A DNA stretch of 64,000 bases, from assembly GCA_964373175.1 (NCBI GenBank), contig CAYJTP010000001.1, positions 41,654 through 105,653 of the forward strand. The letters run 5' to 3'. How positions within the stretch are numbered: the first letter of the stretch is position 1; each line of letters begins with the position of its first letter. This stretch comes from an uncultured Planctomycetales bacterium (lineage in GTDB: Bacteria; Omnitrophota; Gorgyraeia; Aquiviventales; Aquiviventaceae). The notes beneath the pieces are model-generated. The model did not search any database and was not told the origin of the DNA. It worked only from the letters and a program-made list of their open reading frames with translations. Positions 62,428-64,000 of the stretch are shown here, piece by piece. A program made the position numbers and the translations under genes.

Positions 62428-64000
62428 TTAGCGCTTGGCCACCGGTGAGAAGGGGCTGCTCTGCGAACCAATCTTGGGTTGGTGGTACGATTCCGCCAGT
62501 CGGATGGGAAGCTCTGGATAGGCCTTCAAGGTCAGCGTAAAGTAGAGCTCTTCCCCGTATTCCCGATCGACGTGATAGACGGCCTCCGCCACCCAGTCAT
62601 GGAGGTCGCGCGTCAGCGTGTACTGGGTTTCTCGCAGATTGTGAAACCGCTTCGAGCTTCCGGCCACTTCCTTCCAGGTGTAGCGGTGAAACATCCCAAT
62701 CTGCCACTTCTCGCTCAACCGCCAATCGAATTCCGCGACCGTTTCGGTCTTATCGTTGTAGGAATAGCGATGGCCGAGGCCGAGGTACCATTGGCCTTTC
62801 GGCAGCGAGAGCGCAACAGCCCCTTCAGCGTGAGGCCCAACCTTGAACGCGCGTCGTGGGGGAGGCGCTTGGATGCCCGGAACCTGCTGGGCCTGGGACG
62901 GTTGCTGGCCTCCTCCCACCATCACGAGATCGAGATTCCATGCTGTCACCCGCTCGTCCCGCACCCCTTTGGGGAAATGGCTGGGGTAGGACCAATTGGT
63001 TTCGAGGCGCATCCACGGCCACGGGTAAAGCTCCAGCTTAAACGACCAATCCCCCACCCGCCCGCCCTGTTTGTTCCCGATTCCGCGAAAGGTGTAGGGG
63101 AGCGACGTCAAGAACCTGGCGAGGTCGACGCTCCGGGGGTTGCCTGACGCGTCGGGGCGTTTCGTCTGCAGCTTGTTCTCGATGCCAAAGGAGAGTTGGT
63201 TCGTAGGAGCCGAGGCGGCGGCAAAACTCAACAGATCGTTCGGGACGGTCGGTGGATGGATGTAGCTATAACCCACCGTGGGGGTGAGGACATGGCGCAG
63301 TTGATGGATATTCAGGCCAAGCCAATTCGTCAAGACCGGAACAATGCGGAACAGCTTGAGGCTCGCATCAGCCCCCGTCGAGAACTGCCCGCTGACGACA
63401 TCCCGCTTCCCCTGAGGTCGCTCAGAGCCCCCCTGCTTGTCTTTGGTGTAATAGGCCTGTTGGATATTGACCCTTGGGGTCACCAGAATCGGCCGAAAGA
63501 GGTTTAAGGCGTAACTGAACCCTTGTGACCACGTCGCCTTGACGACATCCGTGTCGGCATCCGAATGGGCCGTTCTGGTCTGGAGATTGGCAACGCTCGC
63601 CCCTGAGCTCGTGTACAGATTGGTCTCGCCGATTCGTTGTGACACGACATTAATCGACGCCTCTGGAAACGCTTCCGTCCCTCCCTGGAACCGGTTGACC
63701 CGCTTCTTGGCCAGGAGGCTTAAGGTGAAATGGGGGTCGTTGGTGACCATGGAGATGAAGCTCTCCGGGGTATCGTCGGCCACATATTCCTCTCGGAATA
63801 AGAGGTCTTTTCGAAAATTCGCATCGCTGAACTTCTGGAAATCGGTCACCACAGTTGTATCAGGGAGGATCGGCCAGTTGTGGCGCACCAGGACACGATA
63901 GCGCTTCAACGCGGCACCCTTCGGCAACTGCGCTTTAGGATCTGAGACGGTAAAATTGCGATTATCGAAGTACACCTTGACGATGCCTTTCCCGAAGTTG
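62428..64000 (-). CDS. lptD: LPS-assembly protein LptD (OstA family), C-terminal beta-barrel portion; gene continues beyond window end
   Basis: 515+ aa of beta-strand-rich sequence with alternating aromatic residues and a C-terminal F/Y-rich end typical of OMP barrels. OstA_C-like motifs; no start found within the window. Confidence 0.7.
   Translation of the reverse strand, partial: NFGKGIVKVYFDNRNFTVSDPKAQLPKGAALKRYRVLVRHNWPILPDTTVVTDFQKFSDANFRKDLLFREEYVADDTPESFISMVTNDPHFTLSLLAKKRVNRFQGGTEAFPEASINVVSQRIGETNLYTSSGASVANLQTRTAHSDADTDVVKATWSQGFSYALNLFRPILVTPRVNIQQAYYTKDKQGGSERPQGKRDVVSGQFSTGADASLKLFRIVPVLTNWLGLNIHQLRHVLTPTVGYSYIHPPTVPNDLLSFAAASAPTNQLSFGIENKLQTKRPDASGNPRSVDLARFLTSLPYTFRGIGNKQGGRVGDWSFKLELYPWPWMRLETNWSYPSHFPKGVRDERVTAWNLDLVMVGGGQQPSQAQQVPGIQAPPPRRAFKVGPHAEGAVALSLPKGQWYLGLGHRYSYNDKTETVAEFDWRLSEKWQIGMFHRYTWKEVAGSSKRFHNLRETQYTLTRDLHDWVAEAVYHVDREYGEELYFTLTLKAYPELPIRLAESYHQPKIGSQSSPFSPVAKR

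Noticed and set aside
1-64000. CRISPR arrays, tRNA/rRNA genes, IS elements, integrases
   Set aside because: No regularly spaced short repeats, no transposase/integrase-like ORFs, and no intergenic gap over ~105 nt that could hold a tRNA. The only repeats found are the intragenic 34-nt pair at 7201/7591.

Overview
This 64 kb window is GC-rich and gene-dense. Essentially every credible gene lies on the minus strand: about 57 co-directional CDSs, many with 1–16 nt start/stop overlaps (ATGA type) that suggest translational coupling. The window begins inside a minus-strand sugar aminotransferase gene and ends inside an LptD (LPS assembly) gene, so the host is diderm. Together the genes form one very large surface-glycan biosynthesis locus of the ABC-transporter-dependent type: Wzm/Wzt with an extended Wzt C-terminus, plus a methyltransferase-kinase fusion resembling the WbdD chain terminator. 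Its modules are: (i) a pseudaminic-acid-like nonulosonic acid pathway (PseB, PseC, a PseH-PseG fusion, PseI) with acetamidino machinery (HisH-like, HisF-like and a PP-loop N-acetyl sugar amidotransferase), a formyltransferase, GNATs and a cytidylyltransferase-aminotransferase fusion; (ii) a second NeuB/NeuA set with SDR, Gfo/Idh/MocA and TIM-barrel enzymes; (iii) a third ulosonic-acid-like module with a divergent DAHP/Kdo8P-synthase-family aldolase, a shikimate-dehydrogenase homolog, two more NeuA-family cytidylyltransferases (one fused to a methyltransferase), a GT30 Kdo-transferase-like enzyme and a GT2 fused to a degenerate NeuB-like domain; (iv) a WbpA/B/E/D-like UDP-2,3-diacetamido-hexuronic acid pathway with Ugd, UDP-xylose synthase, epimerases and an AsnB-family amidotransferase; (v) several GT2/GT4 and GT-C-like transferases, at least seven SAM methyltransferases (four with N-terminal zinc ribbons), a LexA-DNA-binding-domain-like small regulator, and three proteins of unknown function. 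No tRNA, rRNA, CRISPR array or mobile element was recognised. The ORFs listed on the plus strand look like antisense artefacts of GC-rich coding DNA. Family assignments come from reading motifs in the translations and are not database-confirmed. Several start codons are uncertain, and the ORF track translates GTG/TTG starts as M.
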